Positions 30,692 to 39,769 are shown, counted from the first letter of the stretch. The stretch: DNA of 64,000 nucleotides from Verrucomicrobiia bacterium (GCA_963664225.1 OY760937.1:4128001-4192000), one strand, 5' to 3'. The notes: a model not told the origin generated them from the sequence alone. Numbers and translations are program-made.

Positions 30692-30964
30692 CACGTTGTG
30701 ACTCTCTGAAACATGACTCTTGCGTGTGTAAATGCTCCGCAATCGCTGCCAAATCCATAAGGCGACAGTATCAACAGTAGCAAAAATGAGTGCGTAAAGG
30801 CCGCCCCAAAGTACGCGGTCTGAAACCGTCGCTATGTCCTTGATAACCTTCCGCTCGGGATAAACGACGTATAGGTTGTAGTCGCCGATGCTCGCGAAAC
30901 ACGCCCACGCCACTAGGAGCGTCACAAAGAAAACGGTGGTGCAAGTGATTCGCATACGTTTCAT
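30686..30964 (-). CDS. Cassette-encoded small membrane protein
   Basis: GTTAGGC-C-ATG start; two hydrophobic helices; stop codon inside the inverse core. Confidence 0.75.
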   Translation of the reverse strand: MKRMRITCTTVFFVTLLVAWACFASIGDYNLYVVYPERKVIKDIATVSDRVLWGGLYALIFATVDTVALWIWQRLRSIYTRKSHVSESHNVA

Positions 30965-30965
30965 G

Positions 30966-31064
30966 GCCTAACGACAAAAGTTGATCCACCGCCGTGTTGT
31001 GGCGTGAAGCCAGATAGCGGAACGGACCGAGACAACGGCGGATGGAGCCGGAGAGTGGGTAGAT
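30966..31064 (-). repeat. attC site (99 bp, inverse core mutated to ATCTACC)
   Basis: ATCTACC...TCCATCCGCCGTTG/CAACACGGCGGTGGA...GTTAGGC. Confidence 0.85.
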
Positions 31065-31071
31065 GACTTCA

Positions 31072-31467
31072 TCAGTCAATGGCGTTAAGCAGTGAAGGAA
31101 CCGCACCCGCAAACCAAACGAACAATCCGATGCTCCACGTTCCAATTCGGAAAGCAAAAGCACCCCGGCGGAATGGCAAGGGGACGACCTGACCGAGAGC
31201 GGCCAGTCCCAGAAAGGAGGCGCAGGCGGGCAAGCACCACCGGGCGGCCATCCATGCAGCACCATCGCCTGGTCTGGCGATGATGCCGGCGAACGGGCCT
31301 GTAACTGTGGCCAGCGTCGCCCTGAGGACAAGCGGGAGGTCGTGGTGTATTGCCCTCCAGTTCATCAGGCAGCAAAACAACACGAGCGCCATAAACGCTG
31401 CCAATAGTCCACCGGCGACAAAGACGTGAGCACGCGTGAAGTTATTTCGAAGGCGTAACATCGTCAT
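31072..31467 (-). CDS. Cassette-encoded multi-TM protein
   Basis: ATG overlaps the core site (GTTAGATG); 3-4 hydrophobic segments. Confidence 0.75.
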   Translation of the reverse strand: MTMLRLRNNFTRAHVFVAGGLLAAFMALVLFCCLMNWRAIHHDLPLVLRATLATVTGPFAGIIARPGDGAAWMAARWCLPACASFLGLAALGQVVPLPFRRGAFAFRIGTWSIGLFVWFAGAVPSLLNAID

Positions 31468-31564
31468 CTAACGTAAAAAGCTGATCCACCGCCAACTTGC
31501 GGCGTGAACCGCGACAGCGGAACGCGCCGAGACAAGGGTGGCGAGCTCCGGAGAGTGGGTAGCA
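31466..31564 (-). repeat. attC site (99 bp, inverse core mutated to TGCTACC)
   Basis: Same length and internal consensus as its neighbours; ends GTTAGAT. Confidence 0.85.
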
Positions 31565-31570
31565 TCAGGC

Positions 31571-31816
31571 TCATTTTTCCCTAAAAATCTTCCTTTCCAA
31601 CTCGGTGTAATGGCCAGTCTCCAGTTTGTGTGGCGTGAGAATAGAACAGGAAAGTTCTCGTGACATATCATCGGCGAAAGTGTGGAAATGCTCATTCGCT
31701 TCCGGGTCGGTGAGCAGCCCGTCTAACTGCTTCCGAAGATTTGTCGCCTCGGTCACGGTCAGATAAAGCTGCAACACCATTACTGACTGTTCTCGTTCTG
31801 TGTCTAAAATGCGCAT
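31571..31816 (-). CDS. Cassette-encoded small soluble protein (81 aa)
   Basis: MRILDTERE...EHFHTFADD; fills the space between two attC sites. Confidence 0.7.
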   Translation of the reverse strand: MRILDTEREQSVMVLQLYLTVTEATNLRKQLDGLLTDPEANEHFHTFADDMSRELSCSILTPHKLETGHYTELERKIFREK

Positions 31817-31836
31817 AAAAGTGGTGGTGCAGTGAT

Positions 31837-31935
31837 TCCTAACCTTGAAAGTTGATCCGCCGCCGACTCGCGGCGTGAACCGCGACAGCGGAACGGACCG
31901 AGACAAGGGTGGTTGGTGACGGGGACTGGTTAGAC
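31837..31935 (-). repeat. attC site (99 bp)
   Basis: Minus strand GTCTAAC...CCGTTCCGCTGTCGCGGTTCACGCCGCGAGTCGGCGG...GTTAGGA. Confidence 0.88.
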
Positions 31936-31947
31936 GCATGTCTCATC

Positions 31948-32274
31948 TCAAAATCGTGCCGAATGATAAATAAAATGTGCGCGATTCTCCTCTGAAAATG
32001 GGCTTTCGCGAACTAAAGCATGAATGCCCGAGTGGCTAATCTTTGCAATCTTCACTCCGTTCAGCTCACAGGTCCAAGAGTGCCCGACTCCGGCAACTGG
32101 CGGAAGATAACCAGAAGAAACCTCTCTGGCGAAGATTTCTGGATCAACAAACGAATATATCTCGACCATCTTCTCATGTGGCGCGTCGCAATCATCGCCC
32201 GCACATACCGACTGGCGGGTTAAGAAGACCTGAATCTTCGGTCTGGCTTTTAGAATTTGGAACTCGGTTTTCAT
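31948..32274 (-). CDS. First-cassette small soluble protein (108 aa)
   Basis: ATG 11 nt after GTTGGGC; TRQSVCAGDDCDAPH motif. Confidence 0.7.
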   Translation of the reverse strand: MKTEFQILKARPKIQVFLTRQSVCAGDDCDAPHEKMVEIYSFVDPEIFAREVSSGYLPPVAGVGHSWTCELNGVKIAKISHSGIHALVRESPFSEENRAHFIYHSARF

Positions 32275-32285
32275 GCGCGAATGCC

Positions 32286-32384
32286 GCCCAACAGTATTTA
32301 TTGTCTCAAACTTAGACGCCGGAAACAAACCGGGTTGCCGGTGCCCTTTAGGGGAGATTAACCCCGTATTGCATTAAAAAGCAA
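32286..32384 (-). promoter_or_regulatory. attI-like junction (GTTGGGC at 32292-32286) with an upstream sigma70-like promoter
   Basis: AATAAATACTG/TTGGGC not preceded by an attC body; TTGCTT-N18-TAATCT at 32384-32355 points into the array. Confidence 0.5.
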
Positions 32385-32472
32385 GAAAATAGTGTTTTGG
32401 CGCGGGAAAATAGGTTGGGTTATTGCGAATGATGCGCAAGCAGGTGGGACGCGCGGGAGATTGATGGAAATG

Positions 32473-32541
32473 ATGCCGCTCCTACGGAGCTTGAATCTCG
32501 TTGTTGTTCCATTTCTATAAACATGGCGCTCCCATGGAGCT
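32473..32541. repeat. Pair of 19-bp REP-like direct repeats 50 bp apart
   Basis: ATGCCGCTCCTACGGAGCT and ATGGCGCTCCCATGGAGCT (GCTCC/GGAGC hairpin). Confidence 0.6.
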
Positions 32542-32690
32542 ACCAATAAACCACACAGATTACCATGCGTTTGGCGGGGTTGGTCGCAAAGTGACTGAAT
32601 GTCGCTTGATGCATTAAAAGCTCAAGGTAGAGAACCTCAGGGTGCGTAGGTTCATTGGCAGCCTTGCCCTACCGGGAAGGTCCGGGGGAC

Positions 32691-32901
32691 GGCTCGGCGG
32701 GAGCCTCGCCCTACCGTTGTGCGGCTCGGTGGGAACCTCGCACCACCCTTGTGCGGCTCGGCGGGAGCCTCGCCCTACCGTTGTGCGGCTCGGCGGGAGC
32801 CTCGCCCTACCGTTGTGCGGCTTGGCGGCCTCGCCCTACCGTTGTGCGGCTTGGCGGCCTCGTACCACCGTTGTGCGGCTCGGTGGGAACCTCGCCCTAC
32901 C
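32691..32901. repeat. Tandem array of seven REP-like units (period 32/29 bp)
   Basis: GGCTCGGCGGGAGCCTCGCCCTACC + GTTGTGC linker; reverse strand begins GGTAG; an eighth decayed copy at about 32649-32673. Confidence 0.9.
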
Positions 32902-32912
32902 GGGATGGTTTA

Positions 32913-35000
32913 TTAGTCGGGTTGCGGTCCAACCTGGTCGAGTGGGAGCGGATTGAAACCGGTTTTTAACACGGGGGCGTCGGCGCGGAGGCGGTAGTTG
33001 CCAGTTGCCGGGTTAACGAAACCGGGATCGCCTTCGGTCCAGTTGTCGGTCATCTCGACTGTTTTTTCACTCATGCCATCGAGCCAGTCGATCCACTTGC
33101 CTTTGCCGAAACGGATATTACGCAGGATGCGGTTATACTTCGCGGCGGCGGGATCGTCTTCGAGGATGTTGGCCAGATGTGGATAGCGTGTGCTGTAGGG
33201 CGGTTGGTCGAATGGCACAGAGCGCAGGTTGCGGATCATCACCCAGTCGCCATCGGGCGCGAAGGATTTGGCGGCCCAGCCTTTTCCACGTTGATCGACA
33301 TGGAGGGCGGGATTGCAGTCCACGAAAACATTGTTCTCGATGGTATTATCGCGGCCGCCGCCGAGCATGATGGCCCGGCCCGCGCGCTCGAAAAGGTTGC
33401 CCAGAACCGTCACACCGCAATAACAGTCGTCCAGGTAAACCGCCATCACCTCGGTATAACGATCCGACTGCGCGGCGTTGATGGTGGGGCCGATGTCATG
33501 AAAGTAATTGTAACGAACCACCGTGCCGCGCTGTTCCAGGTGCCGGCCCATATAGACGGCCCCCGCGTCGCCGGTTTGCGTGCAGACGCGCGAGATATCG
33601 TTGTATTCGACCATGTGATCGTTTCCGCCCATGAGGATCGCGTTATGCGGACCGTCGTGGATGATGTTGTGCGCGGCCCGATTTCCCACGCCGTTGATGG
33701 CGATGGCGGGACGATAGGTGCGATCCCAGCGGCTCTGGTGATGAATGCGGCAATTCACGGCAAAATGATTCGCAGGTTCCAGCGTCTTGAGATCTCCGCC
33801 GGTTAATTCAATGCCGGTGTCACCAATTTCAGACACCTCGCAGGATTGCACGCCGCATCGCGCGCCGCCCCGAATGATAACACCGTCCGTGCCCATATTG
33901 CGAATGGTGCATCCGGCCACGAGACAATCGTGAGAGTCGGTGATTTGAATCGCCTGCGCGCGCGAAGCCTCGAGTATCATGCCGCGCAAAACCAGATTTG
34001 CGGCGTTCTTAATGGTCACCATCGGAGTCTCCAGCAACGAAACCACCGTGGAACCTTCCTTCAAGGGTTCGGGCGGCCAGAAGTAGAGTATGCCCTTCTC
34101 GCGGTCCAGATACCATTCGCCCGGGGCATCGAGTTCCTCGAGGAGGTTCAGCGCATAGAAGCGGCGACCGGGTTTGTAACCGTAGGCGCCATGGGGCGGT
34201 ACCGTGGCAATCTGGTGCGTTGCGGGATCGATGGAGGCGATCTTCTCGTGCGAGTCCGCCCAATCGAATGTCCAGTAGCCGTGGACCCAGGCATCAGGAG
34301 CATTTGTCCAGCGGGCGAGCCGGTCGGAATCACAAGTAAACACGCCACCCTCCGGACCTTTGGGCGCGTCTTTGATGATGGCCCATTGCTCGCCGTTCGG
34401 CCAGCGCGCCAGAGGCATCGGACGATTCTGAAAGAACAGTTCTAGTGCTGCGGGCGCGCCAGCGTGATTAAAACCCCGGGCCATCAAGCGGCCGAAATTG
34501 GTGACTCCCTGAGCGGGCAGGCCGGTCTGAAGCACATGGCTGCGCGCGGCGGGATCGAGAAGGTTGAGGATTTTCTCATCTGTGACCGGTTTCCAATCCC
34601 CGACCTTGCAGCCGCCCACAAGATGGACTTGTTCTTCATGATACGTCCGCCAGAGGACCGGGGCCGAGGTAGTGCCGCCATCTTTGGCCTCGAGCGCCAA
34701 GGTCCGTTCGATGCGATAGGTGCCCGCGCGGATTTGAATGACCGCGCCGGGGGCATTCGTTGGGGAAGCGGCGCGCGCGTCCCGGAGAACGTCCCGGGCC
34801 CGTTCCAGTGTGGCAAGGGGGCCGTCGGTTTTGGCGGCATTGGGAGCGGGCAAGCGTCCGGACCATTGATCGCGACCCTGTGGGGAAACGAAAAACTCGA
34901 GCGTGCCGTTGGTCTGCGCAGCCACGAGCGTGGTGGTGCTCAAGACCAGCGCGCTCACGAGAGCCGCCAGCAATGCGACAGAAAAGTTTCTGGTTTTCAT
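32913..35000 (-). CDS. Secreted right-handed beta-helix protein (GH141-like/pectin-lyase fold)
   Basis: Signal peptide, FFVSPQGRDQWSG, DGPLATLERARD, MPLARWPN, ELDAPGEWYLD, GDAGAVY, VYLDD. Confidence 0.8.
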   Translation of the reverse strand: MKTRNFSVALLAALVSALVLSTTTLVAAQTNGTLEFFVSPQGRDQWSGRLPAPNAAKTDGPLATLERARDVLRDARAASPTNAPGAVIQIRAGTYRIERTLALEAKDGGTTSAPVLWRTYHEEQVHLVGGCKVGDWKPVTDEKILNLLDPAARSHVLQTGLPAQGVTNFGRLMARGFNHAGAPAALELFFQNRPMPLARWPNGEQWAIIKDAPKGPEGGVFTCDSDRLARWTNAPDAWVHGYWTFDWADSHEKIASIDPATHQIATVPPHGAYGYKPGRRFYALNLLEELDAPGEWYLDREKGILYFWPPEPLKEGSTVVSLLETPMVTIKNAANLVLRGMILEASRAQAIQITDSHDCLVAGCTIRNMGTDGVIIRGGARCGVQSCEVSEIGDTGIELTGGDLKTLEPANHFAVNCRIHHQSRWDRTYRPAIAINGVGNRAAHNIIHDGPHNAILMGGNDHMVEYNDISRVCTQTGDAGAVYMGRHLEQRGTVVRYNYFHDIGPTINAAQSDRYTEVMAVYLDDCYCGVTVLGNLFERAGRAIMLGGGRDNTIENNVFVDCNPALHVDQRGKGWAAKSFAPDGDWVMIRNLRSVPFDQPPYSTRYPHLANILEDDPAAAKYNRILRNIRFGKGKWIDWLDGMSEKTVEMTDNWTEGDPGFVNPATGNYRLRADAPVLKTGFNPLPLDQVGPQPD

Positions 35001-35186
35001 GATCGTGCGATTAAATTGTGTGAACCCGCTCCAACAATACTCAGACGCGTAATCCGTGAAAACTATTGAGATTATCTCAAGATGTCGATTCCTCGGGCCA
35101 TGGGTGTCGGCAATGGTTCAACACCACTTGAAGCGAATTGTGCTCATGGAAATCCCCGCCGCTCGTCGGCAGAGAATTGCGTCCGG

Positions 35187-36428
35187 TTAGTCCTTGGATT
35201 CGGACAACACCTGCTCCTGACGGGAGCGCAGGGAACCGATATCCTGGGATTTATTCTCCGGGTGCAGGGGATTGAGGGGCGACATGGCGCGCAGTTTGCC
35301 GATGATGTCCGGCAATTTCGCCAGGAGATAATCGATTTCCTCCGCTGTGTTATAGACGCCCAGGCTGAAGCGGACGCTTCCACGGGCCTGCATGGGGCTG
35401 ATGCCCATGGCCACGAGCACATGCGAGGGGTCGAGCGAGCCGGTGGTGCAGGCCGAACCGCTGGAGGCGCAAATCCCGGCCTGATCGAAGAGCATCAGGA
35501 TGGCCTCCGCTTCCACAAAATCGAAGGCGATGTTGGAAGTATTGGGCAGGCGGGACTGCGTGTTGCCGTTGACCCGGGTGTATCGAATGGTTTTGAGAAT
35601 GGAGGATTCCAAACGGTCGCGCAGCGCGCGCACGCGGGTGTTTTCCTCCTCGATATGCGCCATGGCCATTTCGGCCGCCTTGCCGAAGCCAACGATGCTG
35701 GCGACGTTCTCGGTTCCACCGCGCCGACCGCGCTCCTGGTGTCCGCCCATGATGTAGGGTTGGAACTTGGTGCGGCGTTTGACGTAGAGCATGCCGACTC
35801 CTTTTGGGGCGTGGAGTTTGTGCGCGCTGAGCGAAAGGAAATCGACGCCCAGTTCCTTGACGTCGAGCTTGATTTTCCCGGGCGTTTGAACCGCATCCGT
35901 ATGAAACGGAACCCCTTTGGAGCGACAAATGGCGGCAATTTCAGAAATGGGGAAGACGACGCCGGTTTCGTTGTTGGCGTACATGACCGAAACGAGGGCG
36001 GTGTCCGGCCGGATGGAGCGTTCCAGCAAATGAAGGTCCAGGCGTCCTTCGGAATCCACCGGGAGATAGGTCACGTCCACGCCCTGTTTTTTAAGCAACT
36101 GGCAGTGGGCCATGATGGCTGAATGCTCGACGGAAGTGGTTAGTATGTGGCGCTTTTGGGGCTGAGTCACCAGGGCGCTATGCAGGGCGGTGTTATCGCT
36201 CTCAGTGCCGCAACTGGTGAAGAAGATTTCCTTGGGATCCGCGTTGATCAACGCGGCAACCCGGGTGCGGGCGTCATCCAGAAACTGCCCGACCTGATGC
36301 CCAAAAGTGTAAGCGCTGGAAGGGTTTCCATAATACTCGCTCAAGATCGGTGTCATCGCCGCCACCACTTCGGGCGCTACCCGGGTCGTGGCATTGTTAT
36401 CAAAATAGAAAATTTTGCTCTCAGCCAT
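35187..36428 (-). CDS. nifS: Cysteine desulfurase (NifS/IscS family)
   Basis: YFDNNATT, GNPSS, HTDAVQ, SAHKLHAPKG, SSGSACT. Confidence 0.92.
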   Translation of the reverse strand: MAESKIFYFDNNATTRVAPEVVAAMTPILSEYYGNPSSAYTFGHQVGQFLDDARTRVAALINADPKEIFFTSCGTESDNTALHSALVTQPQKRHILTTSVEHSAIMAHCQLLKKQGVDVTYLPVDSEGRLDLHLLERSIRPDTALVSVMYANNETGVVFPISEIAAICRSKGVPFHTDAVQTPGKIKLDVKELGVDFLSLSAHKLHAPKGVGMLYVKRRTKFQPYIMGGHQERGRRGGTENVASIVGFGKAAEMAMAHIEEENTRVRALRDRLESSILKTIRYTRVNGNTQSRLPNTSNIAFDFVEAEAILMLFDQAGICASSGSACTTGSLDPSHVLVAMGISPMQARGSVRFSLGVYNTAEEIDYLLAKLPDIIGKLRAMSPLNPLHPENKSQDIGSLRSRQEQVLSESKD

Positions 36429-36640
36429 AAATTTTGCTTCGGATGGCGGCGGGTGATCATTGGATCGTCCCCGGGACACCCGATAAATATATCATCGCCA
36501 GTGTAGGTGAGGTCCGCCAAATCGCAAGAGGCAAGAGGAAATGCGGACTTGGTCAATCCTGCGGTCCTTGGTGAGGCCCGACAGTAATGCCCCGATCTTC
36601 AGAAAGAATTTCGGGGCTGAAGCCGGAATGGATTGTGGAC

Positions 36641-37471
36641 CTAAAACGACGGCAGGGTAATCGAGGGCCCTTTGTTTTGGTCGATCACGCTGCGCAGATT
36701 GAGCGTCTGCCTGGTATTGCCTCCGGTTGTCAGGAAGAACCACTCCTTGCCAAACCCGGCGTCGATGTTGTCTTTAGACTCGAAATCAGCATCTGAAGCG
36801 GTGAACCGGGCCTTGGCGAGTGGATACCATTCCCCTTTGATGTCCTTGATCCAGCCGTGACCAAAACGCGCTTTGCGGACTTCCTCCACGCTTTTGAAAT
36901 CCCTGCGGAAATCCTCAATAAACGAATACAACCCTTTCAAAGGAAGCCCGCCAGTCTGCGTGCGGAAGGTCACCAGATGGAGCCAGCTCTTTTTGCCGTT
37001 GAGATAAAGATAGCCCGAATAAGCCGTCTTATTGCCTTCCACCAGCCCCCGCACCAGGAACCGGTTGGTTTCTCCGATCTTCCAGTCGTAATCCATCATG
37101 CACTGGCCACCGGTTCCCTCACCTCCAAACCGTTTGATGCGCACCGCTGGATCGCTATGCAGCAATTCCACGCGGTCCTCCACCTTTACCGCAGACTGAT
37201 CGTCGCCCTTGGTGGGATCCCAGACCGAGAAGATCGCGACCTTTTTGCCATCGCCCAGTTCCTGGATGCCAAAGTACCCGGTATTCCAACCGACAGCCAT
37301 GAAGTAGCTTCCCGTTGTGGACTGATCCACAACTACTTCGTTGTAAATAAGTTCTGCATCCGGCGCCGGATAGCTCAGGTGTACTGAACGCGCTGCACGA
37401 AAGGGTTCCGCAGCCCTGGTGTTGCCCGCTGTTATTACAAACATCAATGCCAGGATTATGAGTTTCTTCAT
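36641..37471 (-). CDS. Secreted DUF3472-like protein
   Basis: Signal peptide, RSVHL, GYFGIQE, FSVWD, FGGEGTGG, SFIEDF. Confidence 0.75.
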   Translation of the reverse strand: MKKLIILALMFVITAGNTRAAEPFRAARSVHLSYPAPDAELIYNEVVVDQSTTGSYFMAVGWNTGYFGIQELGDGKKVAIFSVWDPTKGDDQSAVKVEDRVELLHSDPAVRIKRFGGEGTGGQCMMDYDWKIGETNRFLVRGLVEGNKTAYSGYLYLNGKKSWLHLVTFRTQTGGLPLKGLYSFIEDFRRDFKSVEEVRKARFGHGWIKDIKGEWYPLAKARFTASDADFESKDNIDAGFGKEWFFLTTGGNTRQTLNLRSVIDQNKGPSITLPSF

Positions 37472-37736
37472 TATAATTTCACTTTTGTTTGGTCCCATTC
37501 ATCCTGCTGGGACGCTCGATTTATTGTCAACACTGTGGAATGGCTTCATCGCGAGGGACTTTCGCCATCCAAACTGATGTGCAATGTCCCGAGACCAGCG
37601 GATTTGTGGCGCAGACATGCAGGTGATCAAGGGGACCCACGCTAAGCGAAGATTGCTCTTTCCTGGATAACGAAAGGTAAGCGGAGGACGCAAACCGGTT
37701 TTGACCTGAGTGGGGCAGGGCGTTACACTGCGGACG

Positions 37737-38537
37737 ATGTCGTTACCGCCAGATTATCACATGCACACGCCGTTGTGTCGTCATGCCACGGGCGCGCCAG
37801 CCGAATATGCCACCCAGGCCTTGCGTCTGGGCCTGACCGAGATTGGTTTTTCCGATCACTCGCCGATGCGCTCGGACCATTTCGACGATTGGCGCATGCG
37901 ACTGGATCAGTTGGACGAGTATGTGGAGGCGGTTCGACGCACGCAGCGTGATTTTCCGCAACTGACGATCCGGCTGGCTCTGGAAATGGATTATCTGCCG
38001 GGCCATGAGGATTGGATTCGGGAGCTAACGGCCCGGTATCCGTGGGATTATCTGATTGGCTCAGTGCATTATGTGCTGGGGGATTGGGATGTGGATAATC
38101 CGGCCAAGCAGGGGAAATGGAAGGATATGAATCCGTCCGAAGTATGGGCGGATTACTTCGAGCGTCTGGCCAAGGCGGCGGCCTCCGGGCTGTTCGATTA
38201 CATTGGGCACGCGGATCTTCCCAAGAAATTCGGGGTGTTTCCCACGGCGGATTGCGCGGCGCATTATGAACGGTTTTTGCGTGTGGCGGGCGAAAAACAG
38301 GTGCCCATCGAATTGAACACTGCGGGTTTGCGCAAGGACTGCCATGAAATTTACCCGAGCCAGGCCTTTGTGCGCATGGCTTTCAAGCACGGGGTGCCGA
38401 TCACCTTTGGATCGGACGCGCACGCACCCGCAGAGGTGGGTTTTGCGCTCGAGCAGGCGGTGCAATCCGCCCGGGACGCGGGATATACCCGCTACAGCCG
38501 GTTTGCGCAACGGAAGCGCACGGAGGCGTCTCTCTAA
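37737..38537 (+). CDS. PHP-family histidinol-phosphatase (HisJ/HisK-like)
   Basis: DYHMHTPLCRHA, FSDHSP, IGSVHY, GHADL, ELNTAG, GSDAH. Confidence 0.88.
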   Translation: MSLPPDYHMHTPLCRHATGAPAEYATQALRLGLTEIGFSDHSPMRSDHFDDWRMRLDQLDEYVEAVRRTQRDFPQLTIRLALEMDYLPGHEDWIRELTARYPWDYLIGSVHYVLGDWDVDNPAKQGKWKDMNPSEVWADYFERLAKAAASGLFDYIGHADLPKKFGVFPTADCAAHYERFLRVAGEKQVPIELNTAGLRKDCHEIYPSQAFVRMAFKHGVPITFGSDAHAPAEVGFALEQAVQSARDAGYTRYSRFAQRKRTEASL

Positions 38538-38635
38538 AGGACGGGAAATAAGGCGCGAAAAGGGGTTTCCGTCTTTTCCAAAAAGTGTGTTCGCCCTTGA
38601 CCCGAGAGGCGGGCTGGAGGCTAATCGCGATATAA

Positions 38636-39769
38636 ATGAAGTTGAATCCTAAACAAGTGGTGTGGGGGGTGGCGGGAATTGTGATCGCCGCCAACGTGCT
38701 GGTGGCGGCATGGTCATTTCGTTCGCATAAAACGGAAACACCTCCGTCGGTTAAAACTGCGGCAAATGTATTAGTATTAACCGGCGCGGTGGAGCGCATT
38801 CAGGAACTGCCTCAAACCACGAATGCAGCCCCGCAGAAGTCTGTGGAAAGCCCAGTGGAAAACCCTGTGGTGGCCGCAGTCACCAATGCTCCTGTGGCGC
38901 CGGTTGTCGCGGAGATTCCGGCAACGACAGCGGTTTCGAGCGCAGTCGAACCTCTGGGTGGAATCGTCATCACCCATTGGCAGGCGCCCACGAATGGGCC
39001 GGGGCTCGCGGAATTCGAGAAGGGTTTAAAGGCTGCAAAGGGGGAGGGTCAGCCCAAGGATTTGGTCCAGGCCGCCGAGTGGTTCCGACAATCGGCTGCG
39101 GCGGGCAATGTGGAGGGACAGTTTAATCTGGGTCTGCTTTACGTATCCGGTCAAGGGGTCGATAAAGACTATGTCAAGGCGGCCGAGTGGTTTAAGAAAG
39201 CGGCGGATCAGGGTCATCCGGACGCGCAGTTCAACCTGGCCGTTCTGTATATTGGGGGATTGGGTGTGACACAGGATAATACGGTGGCCGCGCAGTGGGC
39301 CCGCAAGGCGGCGGAACACGGGAACTACGAAGCGGCGTATAATATGGGGATTTTATACACCAGCGGTCGGGGGGTGCCCCAGGACGCGGCGCAGGCGGCG
39401 CGGTGGTTCCAGGTGGCTGCGGAAGGCGACATATCGGCGGCGCAATCCAATCTGGGCGTTTTCTATATTCACGGCAAAGGGGTGGCCAAGGACGATGTGC
39501 AGGCGCATAAATGGTTTATGAAGGCGGCGCAGCACGGGAATGCCACGGCGCAGTTTAACCTGGGCGTCATGTATGCCAAAGGGCAGGGGGTGGAGAAGAA
39601 TCTGGCGGAATCCTATTTCTGGAGCAGTCTGGCGGCCATGCAAGGGGATGACCAGGCGGGCAATAACCGCGATCAAGTGGCCCTGGATCTGACGCCGAAG
39701 GTTATTGCGGAAACTCTCAAGCGCGTGACGTCATTTGCGATGACCAATGTCGCAGGGGGCAAGCCGTAA
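38636..39769 (+). CDS. Membrane-anchored SEL1-like repeat protein
   Basis: N-terminal TM, linker, about six AQFNLG..Y..G.GV..D...A..WF..AA repeats. Confidence 0.92.
   Translation: MKLNPKQVVWGVAGIVIAANVLVAAWSFRSHKTETPPSVKTAANVLVLTGAVERIQELPQTTNAAPQKSVESPVENPVVAAVTNAPVAPVVAEIPATTAVSSAVEPLGGIVITHWQAPTNGPGLAEFEKGLKAAKGEGQPKDLVQAAEWFRQSAAAGNVEGQFNLGLLYVSGQGVDKDYVKAAEWFKKAADQGHPDAQFNLAVLYIGGLGVTQDNTVAAQWARKAAEHGNYEAAYNMGILYTSGRGVPQDAAQAARWFQVAAEGDISAAQSNLGVFYIHGKGVAKDDVQAHKWFMKAAQHGNATAQFNLGVMYAKGQGVEKNLAESYFWSSLAAMQGDDQAGNNRDQVALDLTPKVIAETLKRVTSFAMTNVAGGKP

Larger units (their letters stand above)
30155..32292 (-). mobile_element. Integron gene-cassette array without adjacent integrase (CALIN-like)
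   Basis: Five co-oriented small ORFs, each followed by a 99-100 bp imperfect palindrome with RYYYAAC...GTTRRRY-type ends. Confidence 0.88.

Noticed and set aside
30593..31935. CRISPR-like or toxin-repeat reading of the 99-bp repeats; longer ORF-track starts running through them
   Set aside because: The repeats have attC ends and separate whole genes. ORF extensions such as 30279..30758 and 31571..31939 just read through attC sequence.
32691..32901. CRISPR array
   Set aside because: Linkers are 7 bp and essentially identical, there are no unique spacers and no cas genes; it fits a REP tandem.
32642..32969. ORFs of 104 aa and 65 aa over the tandem repeat
   Set aside because: They are translations of the repeat in several frames.
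35187..36428. Nitrogen fixation or isc cluster
   Set aside because: Lone cysteine desulfurase with no nifU/iscU or other nif genes nearby.
37660..37700. Possible isolated attC half-site (GATAAC-GAAAGGTAAGCGG)
   Set aside because: No matching core site or palindromic partner; too short to support.
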